64,000 bases of DNA. It comes from Clostridia bacterium. Its GTDB lineage: Bacteria; Bacillota; Clostridia; TANB77; CAG-508. The stretch's first letter is position 1. Every line of letters begins with the position of its first letter. The DNA is taken from contig CAAEBO010000006.1 in assembly GCA_900754085.1 (NCBI GenBank), positions 10,393-74,392 on the forward strand, in the 5' to 3' direction. Below the pieces are notes generated by a model that ran no database searches, was not told where the DNA came from, and worked only from the letters and a program-made list of their open reading frames with translations. Below are positions 17,644 to 27,435 of the stretch, in pieces. The position numbers and the translations under genes are program-made.

Positions 17644-19884
17644 TTACATCATATTTGTTGGGTTAATATCTGCAATAATTCTTGCATTGTTTTTTAATAA
17701 TTCTTTATTATATAAACATTCATTTATAATGTCTATTAATTTATCATTTACTTTTGCTTTTATTATTATTCTCCATCTATATCTATTTTTTATTTTATCT
17801 ATTGGTGCTGGTAGTGGTTTTAATATATTCGCTATTAATTCTTCTTGTTCTATACTTTCTTTTAATTCTTTATACAATTTGTTTGCTGTTTTTGAAACAA
17901 CCTCTTCCATTTCTCCACTTATTCCAAACATAATTATATCACAAAAAGGTGGATATCTCAATTGATTTCTTAATTTAATTTCTATATTATAGAAATCATC
18001 ATAGTTTTGTTTTTTAGCATATTGAATACTATAATTGTCCGGATTATATGTTTGTACTATAACATTTCCTTGTTGCCTTTCTCTTCCTGCTCTACCCGCA
18101 ACTTGTACTAATAAATCAAATGTTCTTTCACTTGCCCTATAGTCATCTATGTTTAGACTTCCATCTGCAGAAACTACTCCAACTAAAGTAACATTTGGAA
18201 AATGATGTCCTTTTACAATCATTTGTGTTCCAATTAATATGTCTATTTGTTCTTTATTAAATCTTTCTAAAATTTCTTCGTGTGAATTTTTTTTTGTAAC
18301 AGTATCTATATCCATTCTAATAGTAGACGCATTAGGAAAAATTTTATTTATTTCTAATTCTAACTTTTGTGTTCCTGTACCAAAATATTTAATTTTTTTG
18401 CTTCCACATTCTGGGCATATTTTATGAATCCCTTCTTCGTATCCACAATAGTGACATTTTAATTTTTCTTCTTTTTTATGATATGTAAGACTTATATTAC
18501 AATTTTTACATTTGGCAACATACCCGCAATCTCTGCACATTATAAATGTCGAAAATCCTCTCCTATTTAAAAACAGTATAGTTTGTTTTTTATTTTTTAA
18601 ATTTTCTTGTATTAATTTATATAATTTAACACTAATCATTGTTCTATTACCATTAGCAAGTTCCTGTTTTAAATCTACTAATTGTATATTTGGCAAACTA
18701 GAATTATTCGCTCTTTTACTAAGTGTTAAAAGTTCGATATCTTCATTTTGTGCTTTGTAAAAAGTTACTATATCCGGTGTTGCACTTCCTAATAGCAATG
18801 GAATACTATTATATTCGGCAATTTGGTTTGCAACTTCTTTTGCATTGTACCTTGGTGCCATTTCAGATTTATATGAAGGATCATGTTCTTCATCTATTAT
18901 TATTATTCCCAAATTACATACTGGAGCAAATATTGCAGATCTGGCTCCTATAATAATTCTAGCTTCTCCTTCTTCTATACGTTCCCAGCTGTCGTGCCTT
19001 TCTCCTACAGAAAGTTTACTATGTAATACAGCAATAATATCTTTTCCGAATCTTTCTATAAATCTATTTATCATTTGTGGAGTAAGAGAAATTTCTGGTA
19101 CTAACATTATCGCGCTTTTCCCTTCATTTATTACTTTTTCTATTAGTTGAAGGTAAATTTCTGTTTTTCCAGAACCTGTAACACCATAAAGTAAATATTG
19201 TTTATATTCTTGCTTCTTTATAGAATCTTCTACTTTTTTATATGCAATTTCTTGTTCTTCTGTAAATTTTAATTTATCTTTTTGCTTAATATTCTTATTT
19301 TTTAAAGGATTTCTTATTACTTTTTCTTCTTGTAATTTTATAAGTCCATTTTTTTCTAAAGTTTTTATTATTGCTCTAGATGTTTCTGTGTTCTCTATTA
19401 ATTCTGGTTGTATTATTTTTTCATTTTCTATTAAGTATTCTAATATTCTTTTTTGTTTTTCAGATTTTATTTTATTGTTTACTATATATTCTTGTACTTT
19501 TTCTTTTTCCAGTGCCAAACTAACAAAAATAGCTGTTTTGTCTTTGGTTCTATTTGCAAAATTCTTAGTTGTAGTTCCTGGTTTTAACATTAAATTCATA
19601 CATTCTGAAACATTTGAAAAATATTTTTTTGCCATCCATTTAGATAAAAGTATTTTTTCTGTTGACAAAGATTGTAATTCGATTTTGGCAATATCCTTTA
19701 CTGCATATTCTGTACTTTCTTTTATGTTTGTTACAAATCCTTCTTCCAATCTTTTGCTTTTGCCAAAAGGAATTAGAACTCTACTTCCTATAGATATATT
19801 TTCTTCCATCTCTTTTGGGATATTGTAATCAAATGTTTTATTTAATGTTTTAACATTGGAATCTATAATTATCTCTGCTATCAT
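17644..19884 (-). CDS. priA: Primosomal protein N' (replication restart helicase)
   Basis: 746 aa. Has Walker A GVTGSGKTE, DEEH and the Cys-rich zinc region CRDCGYVAKCKNC..CHYCG..CPECGS. Confidence 0.95.
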   Translation of the reverse strand: MIAEIIIDSNVKTLNKTFDYNIPKEMEENISIGSRVLIPFGKSKRLEEGFVTNIKESTEYAVKDIAKIELQSLSTEKILLSKWMAKKYFSNVSECMNLMLKPGTTTKNFANRTKDKTAIFVSLALEKEKVQEYIVNNKIKSEKQKRILEYLIENEKIIQPELIENTETSRAIIKTLEKNGLIKLQEEKVIRNPLKNKNIKQKDKLKFTEEQEIAYKKVEDSIKKQEYKQYLLYGVTGSGKTEIYLQLIEKVINEGKSAIMLVPEISLTPQMINRFIERFGKDIIAVLHSKLSVGERHDSWERIEEGEARIIIGARSAIFAPVCNLGIIIIDEEHDPSYKSEMAPRYNAKEVANQIAEYNSIPLLLGSATPDIVTFYKAQNEDIELLTLSKRANNSSLPNIQLVDLKQELANGNRTMISVKLYKLIQENLKNKKQTILFLNRRGFSTFIMCRDCGYVAKCKNCNISLTYHKKEEKLKCHYCGYEEGIHKICPECGSKKIKYFGTGTQKLELEINKIFPNASTIRMDIDTVTKKNSHEEILERFNKEQIDILIGTQMIVKGHHFPNVTLVGVVSADGSLNIDDYRASERTFDLLVQVAGRAGRERQQGNVIVQTYNPDNYSIQYAKKQNYDDFYNIEIKLRNQLRYPPFCDIIMFGISGEMEEVVSKTANKLYKELKESIEQEELIANILKPLPAPIDKIKNRYRWRIIIKAKVNDKLIDIINECLYNKELLKNNARIIADINPTNMM

Positions 19885-20006
19885 TTTTACTCCTTATGTC
19901 TCTTTTATTATTTTTTCTATAAAAGTTTTATTGTTAATATAATTTATAAAATTTAATTTTTATCATAACTAAAAAAGATATTATTATTCTTAAGTATACA
20001 AGATTC

Positions 20007-20034
20007 AGGATTTAGGAATACTCCTTAAAATCCC
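20007..20034 (+). repeat. Decayed copy of the REP-like palindromic element (copy D)
   Basis: AGGATTTAGGAATACTCCTTAAAATCCC lies between the gmk-like gene and priA. It shares the flank CCCGAYRTG with the copy at 45069..45097. Confidence 0.55.
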
Positions 20035-20080
20035 GACATGTTATGCAAGAACAACAATATCTTTTTTTATTATATTAATT

Positions 20081-20656
20081 TTAAAATTCTGCGTTTTCTA
20101 CTTTTGCTTCTTCTTCTATTATTTTTTGTATTATAGACACTGTTTTTTCTAAATCATTATTTTTTATTACGTAATCATATACTCCAATTTTAGACTCTTC
20201 AAAGTCAAATCTATTTAGTCTTAATTGGATTTCTTTAGGACTTGGCTTGTCTATTCTACTTTCTAGTCTTTTTTGTAATTCACTTTTTGGAACTCTTAAA
20301 AATATTGTTACTACTTTTGTATCTTGTTTTAATAGTTCTATTAAACTTTGAGTTCCATTTACATCTATGTCTTTTACTATAATTTTTCCTTCTTTAATTT
20401 TTTCATTTAAAATTTTTCTAGAAGTACCATAGTAATGATTATGATGGATATCATATTCATATAATTCTCCATCTTTTATCATTCTTTCAAATTCTTCGGC
20501 TGATACAAAATTATATGTTTCTCCTGGTACATCTCCTGGTCTTACTTCTCTATCTGTATAAGAAGGTATTGCTATTACGTTTTCCATTCTTTTTATTAAT
20601 TCTTTTTGAATTGTATTTTTTCCGGCTCCCGCTACACCAGATAGTATAACTAACAT
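20081..20656 (-). CDS. Guanylate kinase-like protein (divergent)
   Basis: Contains P-loop SGVAGAGKNT and SYTDREVRPGDVPGETYNFVSAEEFE...YYGT. It resembles Gmk, but the canonical S-x-TTR motif reads SYTDR. Confidence 0.7.
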   Translation of the reverse strand: MLVILSGVAGAGKNTIQKELIKRMENVIAIPSYTDREVRPGDVPGETYNFVSAEEFERMIKDGELYEYDIHHNHYYGTSRKILNEKIKEGKIIVKDIDVNGTQSLIELLKQDTKVVTIFLRVPKSELQKRLESRIDKPSPKEIQLRLNRFDFEESKIGVYDYVIKNNDLEKTVSIIQKIIEEEAKVENAEF

Positions 20657-20838
20657 ATAACCACCTTTTCTTCTGATACTTCGTTTGTTGCAAGTGTTAC
20701 AACAGAATTAGATTTTACTTTTGTTACAACTGGTTTTCCAGAAGCTATTTGTCTTGCTCTTTTAGACACCATTATTACTAATGAATATCTGTTATCTACC
20801 TTTGTTAATAAATCTGTTACAGATGGTTTTACTAACAT
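20650..20838 (-). CDS. rpoZ: DNA-directed RNA polymerase subunit omega
   Basis: 62 aa. Contains LLTKVDNRYSLVIMVSKRARQI. Confidence 0.85.
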   Translation of the reverse strand: MLVKPSVTDLLTKVDNRYSLVIMVSKRARQIASGKPVVTKVKSNSVVTLATNEVSEEKVVIC

Positions 20839-20852
20839 AATTATATTCCTCC

Positions 20853-21104
20853 TTAATTATTGTTTTCTATATTTTTATCTAGCCTTGCTGCTACTGTTTC
20901 TGGTTGAAGTGCAGAAAGAATTAAATGATCTGAGTCTGTAATTACTACTGCTCTTGTTCTTCTACCATATGTAGCGTCTATTGCTGTTCCTTTGTCTTTT
21001 GCCTCTTGTACCATTCTTTTTATTGGTGCAGATTCTGGGCTTACTATTGCTATAATTCTATTTGCAGAAACTATATTTCCAAAACCAATATTTACTAATT
21101 GCAT
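20853..21104 (-). CDS. remA: RemA (DUF370) extracellular matrix/biofilm regulator
   Basis: Contains [30 protein letters not shown]. The start is set at 21104 after an AGGAAGTGA RBS. Confidence 0.88.
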   Translation of the reverse strand: MQLVNIGFGNIVSANRIIAIVSPESAPIKRMVQEAKDKGTAIDATYGRRTRAVVITDSDHLILSALQPETVAARLDKNIENNN

Positions 21105-21119
21105 TATAAAAATCACTTC

Positions 21120-22001
21120 CTATTCTATATTTTGAACTTGTTCTCTAACATCTTCAAGTTCTGTTTTTAATTCTATTACTAAATTCGTTATTTCTAAACA
21201 ATTTGATTTAGATCCTATTGTGTTTATTTCTCGGTTCATCTCTTGTATTATAAAGTCTAATCTTTTACCTGTCTTTTTAACACTTTCTGATTGTAATAGT
21301 TCTTTAAATTGTGTAATGTGACTTTTTAATCTTGTAATTTCTTCTTCTATTGATGTTTTATCTGCATATAGAACTACTTCTTGTGAAATTCTTGCTTCGT
21401 CTATTAAATCTGTTTGCATCATTTCTTTTATTCTGTCTTTTAATTTTACTACATATTGTTCAATAAGTCCAGTAGAATATTGCGAAATATCCAAAATATG
21501 TTTATTAATATTTTCTAGTCTTTGTAGCATATCTTCTGATAATTTTTTACCTTCTGCATTTTTGCCTTCTAATAAATTTTTAATAGCCTCTTGTAATGCT
21601 TTATTCAATTCTTCCCATAAAACTTCTTCATTATTATCTTGACTTATATTTAATATATCCGGTAGTTTAGCTATTTTCATAATTGATATATCATCTATTA
21701 TATTATTTTCTTCTTTTATTTTTCTTAATTCTTCTATATACTCTTTTGCTAAAGGTTTGTTTATTGATATTTTTTTACCTAAATTGCTGTTATTTACAAA
21801 AGTTACATTTATGTCTATTTTTCCTCTTGCTATATTTTTTAATACTTCTTTTTTTATTTTTTCTTCTAGAAAGCTTAAAACATATGGAAGCCTTACATTT
21901 ATATCTGTGTATTTATGATTTACAGATTTTATCTCTATAGTATATTCTCTCTCCTCTGTAGAATACATTCCTCTTCCAAAGCCTGTCATACTTCTTATCA
22001 T
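21120..22001 (-). CDS. YicC/YloC family endoribonuclease
   Basis: 293 aa. Has MTGFGRG at the N-terminus and EMNREINTIGSK near the C-terminus. Confidence 0.88.
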   Translation of the reverse strand: MIRSMTGFGRGMYSTEEREYTIEIKSVNHKYTDINVRLPYVLSFLEEKIKKEVLKNIARGKIDINVTFVNNSNLGKKISINKPLAKEYIEELRKIKEENNIIDDISIMKIAKLPDILNISQDNNEEVLWEELNKALQEAIKNLLEGKNAEGKKLSEDMLQRLENINKHILDISQYSTGLIEQYVVKLKDRIKEMMQTDLIDEARISQEVVLYADKTSIEEEITRLKSHITQFKELLQSESVKKTGKRLDFIIQEMNREINTIGSKSNCLEITNLVIELKTELEDVREQVQNIE

Positions 22002-22014
22002 TATTTTTTATCTC

Positions 22015-23043
22015 CTATTTTTTCTTTTTATTTTTTGCTTTTTTATTTGTTTTGTTTTTTGCATTTGTTTTTGATTTTACTTCCTCTTTTTTCTCTATTT
22101 TTTGTTTTTCCACTTCTGCTGTCGTTTTCTTCTCAGCTTTTAAGTCTTTTTTGGCTTCTAACTTTTCTTTATTAGGATTTCCTTTATTTTCTATGTTTTT
22201 TGTTTCTTTTATTTTATCATCTTTTCTTTCTACTTTTTTATTATTTTTCTTTTCAGCTGTTTTTCTATTTTGTCTTCTATGAGTTTCTATTTTTATAATT
22301 TTTTCTTCTTTTACAATTTCACTAATATCATTTAAACTTTTTATATATTCTTTTTTTGTTTTGCTATATATTCTTGTACATTTTAAAATATAGTATGCAG
22401 ATATTAATAAAGCCTCTATTGCAATAACCATAATAAATTTATCTGTAAACAATTGATAAATATATACTTCGCATAATGTTGCTATTGCCACAAACAATGA
22501 CTCCAAACCATGTGTAAATAGTTCTAAATCTATCTTTTTGTAGCTTCTTTCAAACAAAATAATAGCAAATATTAATATAGAAATGCTAAACACTTTTAAA
22601 TCTACAATAAAAATATCTTCTTTTATATTTATATAACCTAATATTTTTAATATACAAAATGCTAGAATTACTATAGCAATCATTACATTTCTAAATATTT
22701 TTTTGTTAGCCTTTTTTTCATATTCTTTTGACATTTTTTTACGTTGCTTTTTTTCTTTTTCTATTTCTTCTATAATCTTCTCAGACTTTTTATCCCTCTT
22801 ATTTATTTTTTCTGCTTTAACATTTTCTGTTTGTTGCTCACTACCATTTTCCTCTTGTACATCTACTTTTCTATCTTCTTCAATAACTTTTTTTTGATCA
22901 TGTATTACTTTTTCTTTTTGGTCGTCTTCTTTTTTATTTGGATTATTTTCTTCTTTAGCAATTTGATCTACATTTTCTTTTAATATCTCTTTTGTATTAT
23001 TCTTTGGTTTAGTATTTACTTTATTTTTTTTCTTCTTAGCCAT
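22015..23043 (-). CDS. Membrane protein of unknown function with Lys/Glu-rich disordered termini
   Basis: 342-aa ORF. About 105 aa at the N-terminus and 90 aa at the C-terminus are K/E/N-rich, flanking about four hydrophobic helices. It is tightly packed between rsmE and yicC. Confidence 0.5.
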   Translation of the reverse strand: MAKKKKNKVNTKPKNNTKEILKENVDQIAKEENNPNKKEDDQKEKVIHDQKKVIEEDRKVDVQEENGSEQQTENVKAEKINKRDKKSEKIIEEIEKEKKQRKKMSKEYEKKANKKIFRNVMIAIVILAFCILKILGYINIKEDIFIVDLKVFSISILIFAIILFERSYKKIDLELFTHGLESLFVAIATLCEVYIYQLFTDKFIMVIAIEALLISAYYILKCTRIYSKTKKEYIKSLNDISEIVKEEKIIKIETHRRQNRKTAEKKNNKKVERKDDKIKETKNIENKGNPNKEKLEAKKDLKAEKKTTAEVEKQKIEKKEEVKSKTNAKNKTNKKAKNKKKK

Positions 23044-23054
23044 TTTAACACTCC

Positions 23055-23810
23055 TTAATTTAAATCTCCTAATTCATACATTAATATTCCACTTACAACT
23101 AATGACACAGTTTCTGTTCTTAAAATTCTTTTTCCTAGTGTTACTACCGATACATTGCTTTTTAGTTTTAATTTTTCTATTTCTTCACTATCTAATCCAC
23201 CTTCTGGACCAATTATAATTCCTATATTTAAATTTTCTTTATTTAGCTTTTTTAACTTTTTTATCTCATGCTTTATGCTTACTTTTTCTTCATTTTCATA
23301 TAATACTAAAATTTCATCATATCCTTCAAATTCTAAATTGGATATATCTATTATATTTTCTATTTTAGGAATTATATCTCTTCCAGATTGTTTTGCTGCT
23401 ACTTCTGCAATTTTTTGCCATCTTACTATTTTATTTTGTTTATCTTTATCTTTTAATTTTACTATTGTTCTTTTGGTATTTACTGGTACAATATATTTTA
23501 CTCCTAATTCCGTTGCTTTTTGTATTATTAATTCCATTTTATCTGCTTTTGGTAAGCCTTGGAAGATTGTAATATTTAGTTTAGACTCTGAAATACTTGT
23601 TTCTTCATTTAGGATTTGGCATATAATTTCATTTTCTTCTATTCCTATTATTATGCATTCATAATTTGTACTTGTGTCTGAATTACAAATTGTAATTTTA
23701 TCATCTATCTTTTTTCTTAAAACATTTTTTAAGTGGTTAACATCATTACCTATAATGTGTATTTCTTTATTTTCTTTTATATTCTCCGTTTTTATAAAAA
23801 ATTTAGGCAT
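23055..23810 (-). CDS. rsmE: 16S rRNA (uracil1498-N3)-methyltransferase
   Basis: 251 aa. Contains LFQGLPKADKMELIIQKATELGV and IIGPEGGLD. Confidence 0.88.
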   Translation of the reverse strand: MPKFFIKTENIKENKEIHIIGNDVNHLKNVLRKKIDDKITICNSDTSTNYECIIIGIEENEIICQILNEETSISESKLNITIFQGLPKADKMELIIQKATELGVKYIVPVNTKRTIVKLKDKDKQNKIVRWQKIAEVAAKQSGRDIIPKIENIIDISNLEFEGYDEILVLYENEEKVSIKHEIKKLKKLNKENLNIGIIIGPEGGLDSEEIEKLKLKSNVSVVTLGKRILRTETVSLVVSGILMYELGDLN

Positions 23811-23873
23811 TTATCTGCTCCTATCTATTTTTTTCGATTTTATTATACTATTTTTAGCGCTGTAATTCAAGTA

Positions 23874-23905
23874 AATAAAAAAAGAATAGGTAAAAAGCCT
23901 ATTCT
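23874..23905 (-). terminator. Rho-independent terminator after the pentapeptide-repeat gene
   Basis: The minus strand reads AGAATAGG-CTTTTTA-CCTATTCT followed by TTTTTTT. Confidence 0.75.
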
Positions 23906-23919
23906 AAAAAATTAGTTAA

Positions 23920-24516
23920 CTAAGATTTTATTTTTATATTTAGTAAGTATGCTAAATCTATAATTTGAAATTCATTTAATATTGCTCCTTTAATATCTTG
24001 TAATGTAGTAGACATACCTTGTATAGTACAATTTGAAAGATCTATATTCTTTAAAGGTGTATTAAATATTTGTGATTTTGTAAAATCTATATTATCAAAT
24101 TTTATATTTTTTAATACAGTATCTTGTATATATGAATTTATAAATGTAGTATCTTTTATTTTTAAATTATTAAATCCTGTATTAGCAATATTTGCATAGT
24201 TCATATTTGAATCTTGCATTTGTACCGAAATAAAAGTATTTTCTATAAAATTACAACCTATCATTTTACAATTTATAAATTTGCAATTTATAAAACTACA
24301 ACTTTCAAATGTAGAATTGGAAAAATTACAATTTTCAAAAGAAATATCTTTAAAATATACCTTTTCCAGTTTACTTTCTAATACTTCTGTGTGAATAAAT
24401 TTAGAAGTATATATATCTTTTCTATATATATTTAAATTCTTCTCCATCAGATTTTGTACTATTTCATTTTTTATTTCTTCCTCTTCTTCTATCTCATCCA
24501 AAAATGATTTTGCCAT
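23920..24516 (-). CDS. Pentapeptide repeat-containing protein
   Basis: Runs of A(D/N)LxX-type pentads (CNFSNSTFESCSFINCKFINCKMIGCNFIENTF...). Confidence 0.8.
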   Translation of the reverse strand: MAKSFLDEIEEEEEIKNEIVQNLMEKNLNIYRKDIYTSKFIHTEVLESKLEKVYFKDISFENCNFSNSTFESCSFINCKFINCKMIGCNFIENTFISVQMQDSNMNYANIANTGFNNLKIKDTTFINSYIQDTVLKNIKFDNIDFTKSQIFNTPLKNIDLSNCTIQGMSTTLQDIKGAILNEFQIIDLAYLLNIKIKS

Positions 24517-24554
24517 TTTTCCTCCCTTAAATAGGTTTATTTTATTTCTTCTAA

Positions 24555-24583
24555 ATTATATAGCAACTGAAAATCAAATTCAA
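24555..24583 (-). promoter_or_regulatory. Sigma-A type promoter for the pentapeptide-repeat gene
   Basis: The minus strand reads TTGAAT, a 17-nt spacer, then TATAAT. Confidence 0.5.
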
Positions 24584-24637
24584 CTTATCATTTTTAGATT
24601 ATAATAATTTTTCCAAATCCTAGCTAAAAATTAATTT

Positions 24638-25327
24638 TTATTTTAATATCTCCTTTTCTTCTTTTTCTGTTAAATACCCATATTCTACCATTTTATCTGC
24701 AACTTGTTTTTGTCTTTGTTTTGCTAAATTTAAATTTTCTTTAGGATTATATACTGATGGTGCATTTGGTATTCCTGCAAGCATTATACATTCTCCTTTA
24801 GTCATATTATCTAGTGTTTTTCCAAAATACCCTTTGCAAGCATCCTTTATATTATAATATCCATTTCCAAAATAAATTGTATTTATATATAATTCTAAAA
24901 TTTCAGTTTTAGAATATTTCTTTTCTATTTCGAATGCCATAAAAACTTCTGCAACTTTCCTAGACATTTTCTTTTCTTGAGAAAAATATTCATTTTTAGC
25001 TATTTGCTGAGTTATGGTACTACCTCCTTCTACAAATTCCATTGCTTTAATATCATTTATAATTGCTCTACCTATTGCAATTATGTCTATTCCTGGATGT
25101 TTATAAAATCTATGATCTTCTACAGAAATAACTGCTTCTAAATATGTTTGTGGCAACTCTGAAATCTTTGTATAACCTTCTTTTTGTCTTATTTTATCTA
25201 CTTTATCTTCTAATGGCATTTCTTGTATAGCTTCTTTATACATGCTATATCCTTTTCCAACTATTAGTATTCCTATACTTGTTCCAATTAATAATATTAT
25301 TAATAATACTTTTAATATCTTTTTCAT
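24638..25327 (-). CDS. Monofunctional peptidoglycan glycosyltransferase (GT51)
   Basis: Membrane anchor plus the motifs EDHRFYKHPGID, GGSTITQQ, RKVAE and KTEILELYINTIYFG. There is no transpeptidase domain. It lies 17 nt downstream of the BceB-like gene and has its own RBS. Confidence 0.85.
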   Translation of the reverse strand: MKKILKVLLIILLIGTSIGILIVGKGYSMYKEAIQEMPLEDKVDKIRQKEGYTKISELPQTYLEAVISVEDHRFYKHPGIDIIAIGRAIINDIKAMEFVEGGSTITQQIAKNEYFSQEKKMSRKVAEVFMAFEIEKKYSKTEILELYINTIYFGNGYYNIKDACKGYFGKTLDNMTKGECIMLAGIPNAPSVYNPKENLNLAKQRQKQVADKMVEYGYLTEKEEKEILK

Positions 25328-25344
25328 ATATTGCCACCTTCTTT

Positions 25345-27435
25345 TTATTCCTCTTCTTTAATAATATTTTTACTTACAAAATATGTTGCTGTAAAATATG
25401 CTCCATATATTATTCCTATAATTATTACTGTTACTACAATAGAAGGTAATAGCTCTTCTGCACTTGCTAGTACAGACATCATAGACATTACAAATTGAAT
25501 TCCAAATATAGAATGTATAATTGCAAGTACAAGTGGTAACATAAAGAATATTGCAATTTGTCTAAATAACACTTGATTAATCATTTTCTCGTCACAGCCA
25601 ATTTTTCTTAAAATAATATATCTTTGTTTATTGTCTGAACTTTCTGTTAATTGTTTTAATGCAAGAATTGCTGAACTTGCTATTAAAAATACAATTCCTA
25701 AATATATAGCTATAAACACTACAATTGTTGCAACACCTACACTTGCTTGTATTATGGATATTTTAGACATACCATTTAAATATATGTTTTTCCTATTTAA
25801 AGCTTCATAAAATTCTGTATCATTCTTGCCAAAGTCTTCTTCTATCTTTTCTTTTTCTTCCTCTGTTTCTGCATTATAATTAGCTGCTAAAAAGTATTGT
25901 TGTTTCCATTCTTCTTTTAAGTTAAAGTTATCTGGAACTACTATAATTCCTGTATTTGTATGGCTTGTAGACATTAATATAAATCCTGATTTACATTCTT
26001 CATATTTTGAATGATATGTTTTGCCATTTATATTTATTTCTCCACCATCTCTAAGTCCCATGTTTCTTAATGTTACTTGATTAGAAAAATCACAAAGTAC
26101 AATATATTCATCATCTTCTACAGTTAGCTCTTCATTCCCATAAAGTTTAGCTATTTTGTTATAATCAGACACTCTTATTAGCATTTCTTCTGTATCATAT
26201 AAAAGCATTGGATATTGCTTTTTAGCTTCTTCATAATAATTTCCTAAACTTACCTTCCAAGTCCATTCTTCTGTTCCATATATTGGAAATTCTACAACAT
26301 CTTTTAATTTATTCATGTCATAATCATTTTCTTTTAAGGTTTCGCTTATTGGATTTCTAGAATCTTCTATAGCTTCTTTTGTGTTTACATATTCTTTGCC
26401 ATACCTATCTGTGTATCTTTCTGGTAAGTTAGCTGTTTTACATAAATTCAAATCTACTGGAGTCATCTCTTGTAAATCTTTCTTCATCGTGCTTTGTAGC
26501 GAAAAACTTGAAGATAGTATGCTTATTGTCATAAATAACATTAAACATATTACACTCATACTAACTACAGTTGTATTAATTTTATTATTTAATTGTCTTA
26601 GAACAAACATATTTGTTCCTTTTAAATATGTGCTTTTCCTTGACTGAATTATTCTTAGTATAAATCCAGATAAAGACCAAAATACTGCAACAGTTCCTAT
26701 AATTCCCATTAATATTATTGGTAATATTTTATCTGCTGTAGAAAGTGTATCTATTCCTCCTGTTACTTTCCAATAACTATATCCTAATATTCCAGCTCCC
26801 AATAAAAATATTATAATAGATATAATTGGATTCTTTATTTTTACAGATTCGTTTTTCTTATTTGCTGTAAGTAAATTTATTAGTTTATATTTTGAAATTG
26901 TTATTGTGTTAAATATCATTACTGCTATGTACATTACAGCAAAATAAATACATGTTTTTATACAAGCATCTTTAGAGAAAACAAATTCAAATTTTGTCAT
27001 ATCTGCTTCAAATAATTTACCTACCAATATAGACATAAATTGTGAAGCAAATATTCCTAATATAATTCCGGCACCTAATGATAAAATTCCGACTAATATT
27101 GTTTCAAAAAGAATTATTTTTGATATTTGTCTTTTTCCCATTCCCAATGTCATATAAATTCCAAATTCTCTTTTCCTTCTGTTTATTAAAAAGTTATTTG
27201 CATAAACAATTAATAATCCTAGTACAATAGCCACAAATACAGATATGTAGCTTAGCATTGCAATCATTAGTTTTATCATATCCCTTGTTGAAGCAGAAAC
27301 GTCTAGCATCGCTTGCTGACTATCTAAAGAGTTAAACATATAAAATATTGCTACACCTAATACTAATGTTAAAAAGTAAATTGCATAATCCTTAAAACTT
27401 TTTTTCATGTTTTTTACAGATAATTTAAATAACAT
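25345..27435 (-). CDS. BceB-type ABC transporter permease (FtsX domains, 10 TM, large extracellular domain)
   Basis: 696 aa. Hydrophobic blocks flank a soluble domain of about 220 aa. It overlaps the upstream ATPase gene. Confidence 0.85.
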   Translation of the reverse strand: MLFKLSVKNMKKSFKDYAIYFLTLVLGVAIFYMFNSLDSQQAMLDVSASTRDMIKLMIAMLSYISVFVAIVLGLLIVYANNFLINRRKREFGIYMTLGMGKRQISKIILFETILVGILSLGAGIILGIFASQFMSILVGKLFEADMTKFEFVFSKDACIKTCIYFAVMYIAVMIFNTITISKYKLINLLTANKKNESVKIKNPIISIIIFLLGAGILGYSYWKVTGGIDTLSTADKILPIILMGIIGTVAVFWSLSGFILRIIQSRKSTYLKGTNMFVLRQLNNKINTTVVSMSVICLMLFMTISILSSSFSLQSTMKKDLQEMTPVDLNLCKTANLPERYTDRYGKEYVNTKEAIEDSRNPISETLKENDYDMNKLKDVVEFPIYGTEEWTWKVSLGNYYEEAKKQYPMLLYDTEEMLIRVSDYNKIAKLYGNEELTVEDDEYIVLCDFSNQVTLRNMGLRDGGEININGKTYHSKYEECKSGFILMSTSHTNTGIIVVPDNFNLKEEWKQQYFLAANYNAETEEEKEKIEEDFGKNDTEFYEALNRKNIYLNGMSKISIIQASVGVATIVVFIAIYLGIVFLIASSAILALKQLTESSDNKQRYIILRKIGCDEKMINQVLFRQIAIFFMLPLVLAIIHSIFGIQFVMSMMSVLASAEELLPSIVVTVIIIGIIYGAYFTATYFVSKNIIKEEE

